64,000 nt of DNA from Eledone cirrhosa (taxonomy: Eukaryota): assembly GCA_964016885.1 (NCBI GenBank), contig OZ024750.1:33666001-33730000 (forward strand), read 5' to 3'. Made by a program: the position numbers and the translations under genes. Shown one piece after another: positions 1 through 15,387 of this stretch. The notes under the pieces were generated by a model. The model was not told where the DNA came from and did not search any database. It saw nothing but the letters and a program-made list of their open reading frames with translations. The number at the start of each line of letters is the position of its first letter. The first letter of the stretch is position 1.

Positions 1-134
1 TATTCTCTCACTCACTCTATCTTTCACTGGAAGAAATCTGCTGTATTCAGGCCTGGGGAGGAGATGGGTTCCAGTAGGTTTTAAAATGACCTAGAAACAC
101 TATATGTCAATACAGGGGAGGGGGGGGGGGCTGC

Positions 135-166
135 ATGTATGTGTGTATGTGTTTGAGTCTGTCTGT

Positions 167-213
<47 letters not shown>

Positions 214-385
214 TGTGTGTGTGTGTGTTTGTGTATCTGTGTTTGTGTGTCTCTGTGTGTATGTGTGTGTGTGTGTGTGTGTCTGTGTGTATGTGTGTGC
301 CTGTGTCTGTGTGTGTGTGTGTATGTGTGTGTTTGTATGTGTGTGTCTGTGTTTGTTTGTTTGTGTCTGTCTGTGTGTGTGTGTG
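135..385. repeat. (TG)n degenerate microsatellite
   Basis: Direct reading; explains the VCVC/HTHT ORFs. Confidence 0.95.
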
Positions 386-642
386 GTGACATGCTATACT
401 AAAGAAAACTTGCCCTACCCAAAAGGTGAGACCAAACAAACATATAGAGGATGGCCTCTGTCCTAGATGATCTAACTAGCAGTGGAATAGATTACACTAA
501 GGCATTAAATGTATAGTAGCTAGAATAACAACAGGATGGGGAAATGTTCAAAGAGCCACTACCTCTGTTGGTAACAAAAGATTTCTTTCTATTAACAAAG
601 GCTGGCTGTATGAATGAGATATGATAAGGGTTATTTTTCTAG

Positions 643-1498
643 TGGACAAGTGTACCACCATGCATTTTGGGAGGAAAAATCCAGTGTCCACATACTCCCC
701 CCACAACACTGATATCAAGAAGTCCTCTTGTGAACGTGACCTAGGCATTACTGTCAGCAGCGATTTGCGTTGGACAAATCATGTCTCTAAGATTGTCAAG
801 AAGGCCGAGGGTGTCTTGGCATCACTCAGCAAGACCTCTGTTAGCCGCTCTCCAGCCATCTATTTAAAACTGTATACGGCTATGGTACGACCACATTTGG
901 AATTCGCATCATCAGTCTGGAACCCCTATCTTGCTCAGAACATTGACCTCCTGGAAACTGTTCAGGGACGTGCAACCAAGCGCATACCCTCCATCAGACA
1001 CCTACCATACTCTGAACGCCTTGCTTCCCTGAGCATGGATTCATTGAAGCTCCAACGTCTGGCAATGGACTTGGTAAACACCCACAAAGTTATTAACCAT
1101 CTTGCCAACAACAACCCTGAGCACCTTTTTAATCTCCATGTATCTAACACACGTGGACATGCCTACAAAGTCAGAAAACAGCACAGCTCCTATGACTTTC
1201 GGAAACATTTTTTCACGCTTAGAGTTGCTGAAGCATGGAACAAACTGCCTGCATCAGTTGTTCGCTGTCCAGACACTGCATCCTTTGAAACCCTCATACT
1301 TCCCGAAATTCGCCAAAACTACACCTGATGTCCCCCTTCCATACACATGCACACATGTGTATATCATGACTCATGCATTGTTCATTTTCCTGACGTTTGT
1401 ACATTACCATATGTACTATACATACACTTTTGATGAGTTGTAGTGCACCTGAGCACTGTATACAATATTTTCATTATTATCATTATTTTCATTATTAT
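643..1498 (+). mobile_element. CR1-clade LINE, 5'-truncated 3' end (RT C-terminus, 3' UTR, TTTCATTATTAT-like tail)
   Basis: ORF 621-1328 has KCxxMHFG, ERDLGI, LYTAMVRPHLEF-SSVWNPY, LETVQGRATK, TRGH and FFTLRVAEAWNKLP, typical of the CR1 ORF2 C-terminus. Confidence 0.9.
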
Positions 1499-1591
1499 AT
1501 ATATATACACATACAAAAAACATACATATATATATTATCACTAGGGCGGTGGATTGGCAGTATAGGTAGAGGGTCGGATGCCATGCTATAA

Positions 1592-1860
1592 AAATGGCTT
1601 CTACAGGATTAGAACTGTTTCATTCAAAAGAAATCATCTTTCAAATGAAACAGTTCTAGTCCTGAAGAAGCCATTTCTATACTAAATCTTATATATATAT
1701 ATATATATATAATGTATATATATATATATATATATATTATCAGACATTCTTGATGATTTCATACAAATGAAACAGTTCTAGTCCTGTAGAAGTCATTTCT
1801 ATTCTATATAAAATAAACATGATTCTTCTCTATTAGCATATCGAGTACCTTAATTAACTG
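1592..1860. repeat. Inverted repeat (arms 1592-1624 and 1644-1676) plus a third copy at 1765-1800; probable Penelope-like 3'-end fragment
   Basis: AATGGCTTCTACAGGATTAGAACTGTTTCATT versus AATGAAACAGTTCTAGTCCTGAAGAAGCCATT; downstream TATCGAGTAC motif resembles those of other fragments. Confidence 0.6.
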
Positions 1861-2140
1861 TAGTTTCTTTCTGATCCCCTTTGGGAATCCTTCCTTGCAT
1901 TAAAAGATGTCTGCCTATATGTCAGCTCATTGATGGTCAGGGATACTTCTAGTAGTTGCACCGACTATGTGGTGTGTGTATGGACAATTACACAATGGGG
2001 TTGTAGTCACTGCAGATTATTGTTACAGAAACTATGTAATGCAACAGCTACAGCCTGATGATGTCTGTCATCCCATTAACAGTAATTGTTGCTTGTTGGT
2101 GGTTGTTTTACAAGGAATAGTAGATCAGGTGTTATTGCAT

Positions 2141-2638
2141 TTAACCCTTTACCATTTACATTACTCTATATTTACTATTGTGTTTTCATGGTAAAGGCTT
2201 TATCACACACAGTATCGAATCTATAAGATTTTGATATCATTTATTTTGAGAACAATACCTTAACATCAGTATGAGTGGCTAGTTACGGATGGTTTGAACA
2301 TAAAGAGGTGAGAGAATTCTGGCCAGATAGAGTGAGTTTAAAGTTTAACCCTTTAATGTTCAAACCCGGCCAAAACCGGTCAAAATTCTCTACCTTTTTC
2401 TGTTGAAACTGGTTGTAACTGGTCACTCAAACTGATGTTAAGGTATTGTTCTCAAAATAAATACTTTCAAAATCTCATAGATTCGATATTTTGTGAGATA
2501 TTATGTGAGGTAAAGCCTTTACCATGAAAATATAATAGTATATATAAAATAATTGTTTCTACTTTTGGCACAAGGCCAGTAATTACCCAGTGCATTACTG
2601 GTACTTTATTTAAAATAATGTGAATGCTAAAGGGTTAA
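2141..2638. mobile_element. Two diverged piggyBac-like MITE copies in inverted orientation (2141-2345 minus, 2345-2638 plus)
   Basis: TTAA-CCCTTT at 2141 and 2345, AAAGGG-TTAA at 2629-2638; internal blocks are reverse complements of each other. Confidence 0.7.
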
Positions 2639-2719
2639 AGAGTTAATTGTGTTTCTGTATTACTTCGGATTGGGTAGATCTATTTAGGTTCATGTTCAGG
2701 TGAAAGAAGGACTTATGCA

Positions 2720-2830
2720 ATGTGAAATAAAGCATCTTGCTCAAGGGCACAACACAGCACCTGGTTCAGGAATCGAAATCACAGGCTTATGATCATCAGC
2801 CAGAGGCCCTAACCACTAAGCCATGTGCCT
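2720..2830 (-). mobile_element. CORE-type tRNA-derived SINE 5' fragment
   Basis: Reverse complement gives GGCACATGGCTTAGTGGTTAG...CCTTGAGCAAGATGCTTTATTTCACATTG. Confidence 0.75.
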
Positions 2831-2900
2831 GTGTCTATGTGTGGTTTTGTGTATTATCAGTATGCATGTGCACATATATATGTATATATATGTGTATATA

Positions 2901-3009
<109 letters not shown>

Positions 3010-3379
3010 GATAATAATGGAGCTGCGGCGTTGCAAATGGGTTACATATGAAAAAGTTTGTCCTTCATCAGTGGCCTTCCAACGCTTTAAAGGCCATATA
3101 CTTCAGGTTGGTGCGAGCAACGGCTAAAAAAAGTCGTTGGGACACGTAAATAAAGGGGACGCTAGGGTAAACAAACAAAATGGTTTAAGCAACAGAAAGT
3201 GAGAAGAAAGAGAGAATATATATATATAAATAAAAGCAAGTATTGCACCAAGAAAAATATAAACATCAGCAAGAAAGGAGATTAGGAATTTATTTGCTTT
3301 AACATGTGTTGGTAAGCAGTTTTCTTGTTTAAGCATTCATTCCTGATATACATAAACCATAAACAAAACCTTATCTGCC

Positions 3380-3417
<38 letters not shown>

Positions 3418-3613
3418 TGTGCGTGTTTGTGTGTTATATATATGTTATATATATATATATATTAGAAATGTTGAGTAGATATGTATTTATTGAAAAGAGT
3501 TAGCTGTTTCAATGCACATATTCTTTTTGATTATGAAAAGTAGTTTAACAAAACGGACATAAAAGTCTCTGGATGGAAAAAAAAGTTGACAAAATCGGCC
3601 TTATATATGCATA

Positions 3614-3646
<33 letters not shown>

Positions 3647-3822
3647 GATCATATATATATATCATATATAAATACACATATATATATATATATATATGAT
3701 CATATATATATATATATGATCATATATAAATATATATATGATCATATATAAATATATATATGATCATATATAAATATATATATGATCATATATATATTTA
3801 TATATGATCATATATATATATA

Positions 3823-4010
3823 TGAGAGAGATATACTTTAACTTTAATTATATCTCATAAAATAATACAACTGGTTTTTCCACATTATACATATTGTTAG
3901 CACCCCAAACACTTAAATTGGGTTTATATTTTAATATAACCTAATGTTTGTTGAGTGAGATGGTTACCAGTCAGAGTTTAGCTTTAAACTATCTCTGTTA
4001 TTGTATTAAA
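3823..4010. repeat. ~185-bp dispersed repeat, copy 1 (others at 15388-15575 and 34817-35000)
   Basis: Shared AATAATACAACTGG...CCCCAAACAC...GAGTGAGATGGTTACCAGTCAGAG; each copy ends in (TA)n. Confidence 0.85.
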
Positions 4011-4025
4011 TATATATATATATAT

Positions 4026-4145
4026 AAATGGAAACTATATTTATAAAACCATATCTATTTCATTATATATATTCCTCAGACAAAATACAATATAGACAAA
4101 TATGATATCCCTGAAATATATATAATGAAATAGATATGGTTTTAT
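4026..4145. mobile_element. Rearranged fold-back remnant of the Penelope-like 3' UTR/hammerhead region
   Basis: Matches 35367-35470 and 39440-39486; arms AAAACCATATCTATTTCATTATATATAT and ATATATATAATGAAATAGATATGGTTTT; stem II deleted in the minus copy. Confidence 0.8.
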
Positions 4146-4324
4146 ATATAAATATATATATATATATATTGTTATACTTTGGGAGGGTCATGTTGCCAAT
4201 AAGAAACACACGCACCAGTTGCTTTCACTTCAATTTAATTTATTATATATTTATAAATTTACAAATTTATAAATTTCTGGTTGGTTGGTTGGTTCCACAA
4301 CCAGATAGTTGTTTATATATATAT

Positions 4325-4369
4325 AGTCATAGTTCTTTCGTCACACACTCTGTGACCTCTTCAGTGACT
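4325..4369 (-). ncRNA. Minimal type I hammerhead ribozyme, near intact
   Basis: Minus strand AGTCA-CTGAAGA-g-GTCAC(agagtgt)GTGAC-GAAA-GAAC-TA-TGACT; one extra G before stem II. Confidence 0.65.
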
Positions 4370-4390
4370 GGGGATTTCTTTCTTCGTTTC

Positions 4391-4461
4391 TGTGCCTTTC
4401 TTTTCTTCTATCCTACGCCATTTTCAGAAAATGGCGTAGGATAGAAGAAAAGAAAGGCACA
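4391..4461. repeat. Perfect palindrome, 35-bp arms
   Basis: TGTGCCTTTCTTTTCTTCTATCCTACGCCATTTTC-A-GAAAATGGCGTAGGATAGAAGAAAAGAAAGGCACA. Confidence 0.95.
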
Positions 4462-4498
4462 TATAAATATATATATATAAATATATATATATATAAAT

Positions 4499-5310
4499 AT
4501 CATCATCATCATCATCATCAACGTTTAACGTCCGTGTTCCACGCTTGCATGGGTTTGGACGGGGGTAGTCCCACTTGAGGCAAGAGTGATTGTCTTGCTC
4601 GCATAGGACTGTCTGGCAGGTTTTCTACAGTTGGATGCCCTTCCTAACACCAACCACATTTACAGTGTGGGTCTGGGAGGTTTTTACCGTGTTGCCTACA
4701 CGGCCACATTACAGCGTGGACTGTGTGTTTTTTTGTCGTGACACCTACACGATCTCATTTGTTTCGGCCTGGATGGCGCGGCACCAACATAACTTTACAT
4801 AGAACGGGGTGGTGTGGATGGGGTGGGGGTGGTGGCGGGACGGGGTGTAGTTTGTTAGAGATGCCTACTGGCAAGGCGGGTCTTCTCTGTTACTGAGTAC
4901 CGCCAAAGGTCACGGTCCAGTGACATTGTCTTGGAGAGGTGTAAGTGTGTGAGGTCGGAGTTTATCAGCTCATCCCATGTTTTTCTAGGTCTGCCTATTC
5001 CGTGGCTACCGTCTATCTTTATTGCCCTGCACTTTGTTATACAGCTATCGACTTTCATGCGCATCACGTGTCCATACCAACGCAGCCTTCTCTCGAGTAA
5101 ACAACATCTGATCCCTCTTATCTCTAATTTTTTTTCCTTAGTTCGTTTATGCTTTGCCGTTCACGTATATTACTGTTACACATCCAGCGGAGCATACAAG
5201 CTTCGTTCCTCTCTAGTCTGCGTATATCCTCTGCACACAATGCCCAGGTCTCACTGCCATGCAACATTGCTGTTCGTATGCAGGCATCGTACAACCTGCC
5301 TTTCATTTTT
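4499..5310 (-). mobile_element. RTE-clade LINE 3' end, near-identical inverted copy of 9536-10347
   Basis: ORFs 5124-5306 and 4855-5067 reproduce 9540-9988; (CAT)n tail at about 4500-4520. Confidence 0.92.
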
Positions 5311-6350
<1,040 letters not shown>

Positions 6351-6554
6351 GTGAAGTAATTCCATCGGAAAAGTCCAGGAAAAAAGAGTGCTCTATGTAA
6401 ACAACAGAGCTTAATTATTATTATTATGTAATAAACAACATAAGTTGGTGGTTTGTTTATTGAATATGGATTCTAAAAACAAAAATGCAATCTATATGAA
6501 AGTGAGGCTGGAAAAGGGAGAAGGAAAGGAAAAATAAAATAAAATAAAACTACA

Positions 6555-6796
6555 CATGCAAACACACACAAAAAAACACAAAAGCATACTTACACACACA
6601 CACATATATACACATATAATTTGCACGCATACACATATACACATACACACATATATAATATATATATATATATATATATACATATACATACATATATATA
6701 CATATGTATATATATATACATATATATATAAAGAGCGTACACCTACACACACATACACATATATACACACATATACACATACATATATTCATACAT

Positions 6797-6839
<43 letters not shown>

Positions 6840-6875
6840 CATACACACACACATATATATACACATGTACATATC

Positions 6876-6912
<37 letters not shown>

Positions 6913-7400
6913 CCATACATATATACATATATATATATACATATATATACATACATACATATACACACATATACACATATACATACACACACACACACAT
7001 GTGTGTGTACAAGCCTACACATACACACACACATATATATACACACACATATACTTACATTCACACAAACATACAACGTACATACATACACATACATGAA
7101 TGCACTCCACTACATATTAACACACGCAAATAAATATAAGAAAAAAATATATAAATAATATTAAGAAATATTTGACAGCGATACATGCCCCAGCTAACAG
7201 GACAGACACGCGTGGTAAGTAATACACACATAAGCATATATACATACGTTCGAAATAGTAAACACATACACACACTCTCACACATAAATATACATATACA
7301 AATACATAAACACGTACATACACATACATACGCAAACACGTACACGTATACAATATAAACACACACATATGTATATGTAATTATATACACACACACACAC

Positions 7401-7447
<47 letters not shown>

Positions 7448-7812
7448 CAAAAATATAAAAATATAAACGCACACACACATATAAATACGTAAACACACAT
7501 ATACATACATAGCTAAACAATTATACACATGCAAATACGTATATATCAAAAGAACGCACAACCAAATACAAACACACACACATATATACACACACACACA
7601 CACACACAAACCCACACATGCATAAAAATAAATAAAAACACACGCAACATATACATACATACACATACATATACACATATACATTTATACACATACATAT
7701 ATATATATATACACATACATATATATAAATATATATATATATATATACACACATACACGTACACATACACACATGCATACACATACACACACACATATAC
7801 ATGTGTGTATGT
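6555..7812. repeat. Compound (CA)n/(TA)n low-complexity region
   Basis: Direct reading. Confidence 0.9.
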
Positions 7813-8221
7813 GTAAAGCTCAGTATTAGATAAGACAAATGAACCTTACATAAACGTATATATAGTAGTAAAGTAATAAAGCCATACAAGGCAATTAATC
7901 CATTCACCAGAGGTTTCTTAAAAGCAAAAAAAGTTTCCTTCAATCTACAGAATGAAAAAAAGCCCTGGTTTATCCACATATACATACATATACACACACA
8001 AATATACATATATATATAAATATATATATAAATATATATATAAATATATATATAAATATATATATATATAAATATATATATAAATATATATATATATAAA
8101 TATATATATAAATATATATATATATAAATATATATATAAATATATATATAAATATATATATATATAAATATATATATAAATATATATATAAATATATATA
8201 TATATAAATATATATATAAAT

Positions 8222-8268
<47 letters not shown>

Positions 8269-8312
8269 TATATATAAATATATATATATATAAATATATA
8301 TATAAATATATA

Positions 8313-10345
8313 TGAGTGTTAGTCGAGGGGAGTATAATAAGTAAGGCAATCAAGGATATGAAGACGGGTAAGGCGGCTGGGCCTTCGGAAATAGTTGCTG
8401 AGATGCTGAAGGCATCTGGCACGGTGGGACACACCATGGTCACCCGCATAGTTAACCAAGTCGTACAGAATGGGGTTGTTCCGAAGGACTGGCATAGCAG
8501 CATCATCGTTAACTGTTATAAGGGTAAAGGAGACGCCCTAGATAGGAGTAACTATAGAGGCATTAAATTAATCGACCAGGTCATGAAGGTCACGGAAAAA
8601 GTAATAGCGCAACTAATCAGAGAGAGAATTGACCTAGATGAAATGCAGTTCGGGTTTGTGTCAGGCAAAAGCACCACAGACGCTCTTTTCATAGTACGAC
8701 AACTACAGGAGAAGTACCTAGCTAAAGGTAAACCCCTCTACTTAGCTTTTGTCGACCTGGAGAAAGCCTTCGACAGAGTCCCCCGCTCCATTATCTGGTG
8801 GGCTCTTAGAAAACTAGGCGTTGACGAATGGCTTGTGAGGGCTATATAAGCCATGTATAAAGAAACAGTCAGCAAGGTTAGAATTAACAACGAATATAGT
8901 GAAGAGTTTAGCGTAAAAGTTGGCGTCCATCAGGGCTCTGTTCTCAGCCCCCTACTATTTATTATTGCCCTTCAGGCTATAACAGAGGAGTTCAAGACAG
9001 GCTGCCCATGGGAACTCCTATACGCAGACGACCTGACACTCATAGCGGAATCAATGGCCGAGCTAGAGAAGAAATTCCAAACATGGAAGCACGGCCTAGA
9101 GTCAAAAGGACTTAAAATTAACCTGGCTAAGACCAAAGTTCTAGTTTGTAGGAAAGAAAACAAGGCGGCGGTCCCTTCTGGGAAATGGTCGTGCTCGGTA
9201 TGTAGGAAAGGCGTAGGTAGAAACTCCATCTTATGTCCTAAATGCAAAGTATGGGTGCATAAAAGATGTAGTGGGATCACAGGTAAGCTAACTAAGAACA
9301 TAGACTTTACATGTGGCCGGTGTTCTGGTGCAATAAGTAGCAGCAAGTGCCCACAAAATACTAGCTCTTTCAATTGCGCAGAGGGTTCTATAGAAATAGT
9401 GGACAGCTTCCGTTACCTGGGCGATAAAATCAGCAGTGGGGGAGGGTGCTCTGAAAGTACTGTAGCTAGAGTCAGAACTGGTTGGAAAAAGTTCAGAGAG
9501 CTTATACCACTATTAGCTGCTAAAGGGTTCTCCCTAAAAATGAAAGGCAGGTTGTACGATGCCTGCATACGAACAGCAATGTTGCATGGTAGTGAGACCT
9601 GGCATTGTGTGCAGAGGATATACGCAGACTAGAGAGGAACGAAGCTTGCATGCTCCGCTGGATGTGTAACAGTAATATACGTGAACGGCAAAGCATAAAC
9701 GAACTAAGGAAAAAATTAGAGATAAGAGGGATCAGATGTTGTTTACTCGAGAGAAGGCTGCGTTGGTATGGACACGTGATGCGCATGAAAGTCGATAGCT
9801 GTATTACAAAGTGCAGGGCAATAAAGATAGACGGTAGCCACGGAATAGGCAGACCTAGAAAAACATGGGATGAGCTGATAAACTCCGACCTCACACACTT
9901 ACACCTCTCCAAGACAATGTCACTGGACCGAGACCTTTGGCGGTACTCAGTAACAGAGAAGACCCGCCTTGCCAGTAGGCATCTCTAACAAAATACACCC
10001 CGTCCCGCCACCACCCCCACCCCATCCACACCACCCCGTTCTATGTAAAGTTATGTTGGTGCCGCGCCATCCAGGCCGAAACAAATGAGATCGTGTAGGT
10101 GTCACGACAAAAAAACACACAGTCCACGCTGTAATGTGGCCGTGTAGGCAACACGGTAAAAACCTCCCAGACCCACACTGTAAATGTGGTTGGTGTTAGG
10201 AAGGGCATCCAACTGTAGAAAACCTGCCAGACAGTCCTATGCGAGCAAGACAATCACTCTTGCCTCAAGTGGGACTACCCCCGTCCAAACCCATGCAAGC
10301 GTGGAACACGGACGTTAAACGTTGATGATGATGATGATGATGATG
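8313..10345 (+). mobile_element. RTE-clade LINE, 5'-truncated: RT domain, PHD-like finger, C-terminus, 3' UTR and (GAT)n tail; disabled
   Basis: KAAGPS, NYRGIKL, QFGF, FVDLEKAFDRVP, GVHQGSVLSPLLF, LLYADDL, LHGSETW, RLRWYGHVMRM, GRPRKTW; TAA stop at 8847-8849 and 1-bp frameshift near 9601. Confidence 0.95.
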
Positions 10346-11552
<1,207 letters not shown>

Positions 11553-12076
11553 ATATGCACACTAGTATTTCAGTATGCATATGTAGATGTACATTTTTAA
11601 CTTAATTGTTTAAGCGTCAGTCATACAAAAGTGAGTTACAAACGAAACGAAATTTAATTTCGTTTCGTTATTTGTTTTTATCGTCTCCGCTGAACCGGTG
11701 CGTACTCACACTCTATGCAAATTGGTCTGCTCACTACTAATTTTCTTAGAAAAGGCATATAACGATATGTGCTTTTACAATTCTCCAGAAGGGCCGGTAG
11801 ATAGGTAAATATTGCTGATGAGTTGTAACAACAACGAAACTAGTTCAATATTCCTTGTCTGGCTTTCTGGAGAATAGAGGGAAGGTGTTCCCTCGAAAAC
11901 CAGTATGACTCTAAAAACCGGTTTGTCTGTGTGTTTACATACAGAATAGCTGGGTTGCTCACAGTAAAGCAACCAGTGAAAGACTTGTTACACCTACATA
12001 TGTATACGTGTGTGTATTCATATGCACACTAGTATTTCAGTATGCATATGTAAATGTACATTTTTAACTTAATTGT
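11553..12076 (+). mobile_element. 467-bp non-coding hammerhead-bearing unit plus ~56-bp partial repeat (retrozyme-like or non-autonomous Penelope-like)
   Basis: ATATGCACACTAGTATTTCAGTATGCATATGTA...TTAATTGT at about 11553 and 12020 (period 467); hammerhead inside; (TA)n-rich flanks on both sides. Confidence 0.75.
11808..11852 (+). ncRNA. Minimal type I hammerhead ribozyme (predicted cut GUU after 11845)
   Basis: AATATTG-CTGATGA-GTTG(taacaa)CAAC-GAAA-CTAG-TT-CAATATT; stem I extends via TTCTCCAGAA 11781-11790 and TTCTGGAGAA 11865-11874. Confidence 0.88.
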
Positions 12077-12122
12077 ATATATATATAAATATATATAAAT
12101 ATAAATATATATAAATATAAAT

Positions 12123-12177
<55 letters not shown>

Positions 12178-12179
12178 GT

Positions 12180-12395
12180 GAAGGCGTGTGGCTGAGTGGT
12201 TAGAGTATTGGATTCACAATCGTGAGGTTGTGAGTTCGATTCCTGAACCAGGCGATGCGTTATGTCCTTGAGCAAGACACTTTATTTCACGTTGCTCCTT
12301 CTACCTGGAGTTGCGACCGATAGATAGTATTAGCAATTGGAAAGACCAACGGAAACATAGTTTCCTCGGTCCGATTTGACGAAAGTCGATCGACT
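12180..12395 (+). mobile_element. CORE-type SINE, short-tailed variant (related copy 26228-26455)
   Basis: A box TGGCTGAGTGG, B box GTTCGATTC, core CCTTGAGCAAGACACTTTATTTCAC. Confidence 0.8.
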
Positions 12396-12396
12396 A

Positions 12397-14105
<1,709 letters not shown>

Positions 14106-14574
14106 TATATGAGGGGTCACTGGTCTCAGCAACCCTTTCTAGTTTTTCTTATCATTCCCTCTTTTAGCCATGTCTTTCTTGGTCTTCCTCTTCCTCTACT
14201 TCCTTCCACATTTATTTTTATCATTCCTCTCACCCTGCTTCTTTCATCCTTCCTCAACACATGACTCAGCCATATCACTACATTTCTCTCACAACATTCA
14301 CCACTGGTTCTATTCCTATCATACTCTGAAATTTAATCTCTCTCTCTCTTTCTCTCTCTCTCACTCTCTCTCTCTCTCTTTCTCACTCACTCTTTCTCTT
14401 CCCCCTCTCTCTCTCTCTCTGATTTGAATTAAAATCTCCCAACATAATTTGATAGAAGAACTTTTTGTTAATTTATGTTAAATATACCATCTTAATGAAA
14501 TAAGTAATCATTTTAGTAAATCCTTCATTAATCAATTCCAATAAAACATAGTTCATATATGGCACATGGTTAAT

Positions 14575-14897
14575 GGAGGCACATGGCTTAGTGGTTAGAG
14601 CATTGGCCTTGCAATCAAAAGGTTGTGAGTTCAATTCTCAGACCGGGTGATGTGTTGTTTCCTTGAGCAAGACACTTTATTTCACATTGCTCCAGTTTAC
14701 TCAGCTGTAGAAATGAGATGATAAGGACTGGGGTCCCTATCATTCCACTGTAAAGTGGTCGTGGAGGTGCCACGGCAAAAAAGCACCCAGCACTCACTGT
14801 AAATGAGGTTGGTGTTAGGAAGGGCATCCAGCTGTAGAAATCAAGCCAGAATCAGTTCCTGTCCCACCCTTGCAAGCAGGGAAAAGCGGACATACAA
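14575..14897 (+). mobile_element. Full-length CORE-type tRNA-derived SINE with RTE-derived tail
   Basis: A/B boxes, MIR-core-like CCTTGAGCAAGACACTT...CCAGTTTACTCAGCTGTAGAAATG, tail GTTGGTGTTAGGAAGGGCATCCAGCTGTAGAAA shared with RTE 3' UTRs. Confidence 0.88.
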
Positions 14898-15124
14898 AAT
14901 ATTCTCCAGGTTAGAGGAAGAATCACATCCAGGTTTTGGGCTGACTAATTCAATGTGTGAACAAAAGAATTAACTCTGTTCAACATCTACCAAATTCAAG
15001 CTCTCAATGAGGTTATTAAACAAACACAAATAATTAATCAATCAATAAAATCAATTAATTAATTAATTATTGAAGCTATATATATTCATATATATATATA
15101 TATTAATATTTTCATATATATATA

Positions 15125-15165
<41 letters not shown>

Positions 15166-15387
15166 GATTCGAAAGCCAACCACGGCATTCCTTACTTCGA
15201 TGTCTTACCACTACACCACAAAGACTTAACCAAATTTTTTCTTATATCAAAGTTTAATGGGCATCCACTGATGATTTATAAGTGCCCACCTACATATATT
15301 CTTACAGAAAAATATGTTAGGCTTCTACATAAACTGGAAACATTCTCCCAACTTGTAGAAAACTTATAATGAAACAATTGTTTGGAA

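Noticed and set aside
81-466. His/Thr- and Val/Cys-rich ORFs, and similar IYIY, HTHT, poly-F/K/L ORFs throughout
   Set aside because: Translations of (CA)n, (TA)n and (TTC)n microsatellites
3060-3110. Minus-strand CCT-GAAG-TATA-TGGCC...GGCCA-CTGATGA-AGG, resembling a permuted hammerhead
   Set aside because: GAAG instead of GAAA, no proper stem III and only 3 bp of stem II
7179-7220. Possible 36-nt micro-exon (AG...GTAAGT)
   Set aside because: No polypyrimidine tract and no supporting neighbouring exons
14575-14650. tRNA-like A and B boxes
   Set aside because: SINE heads without a full cloverleaf; not tRNA genes
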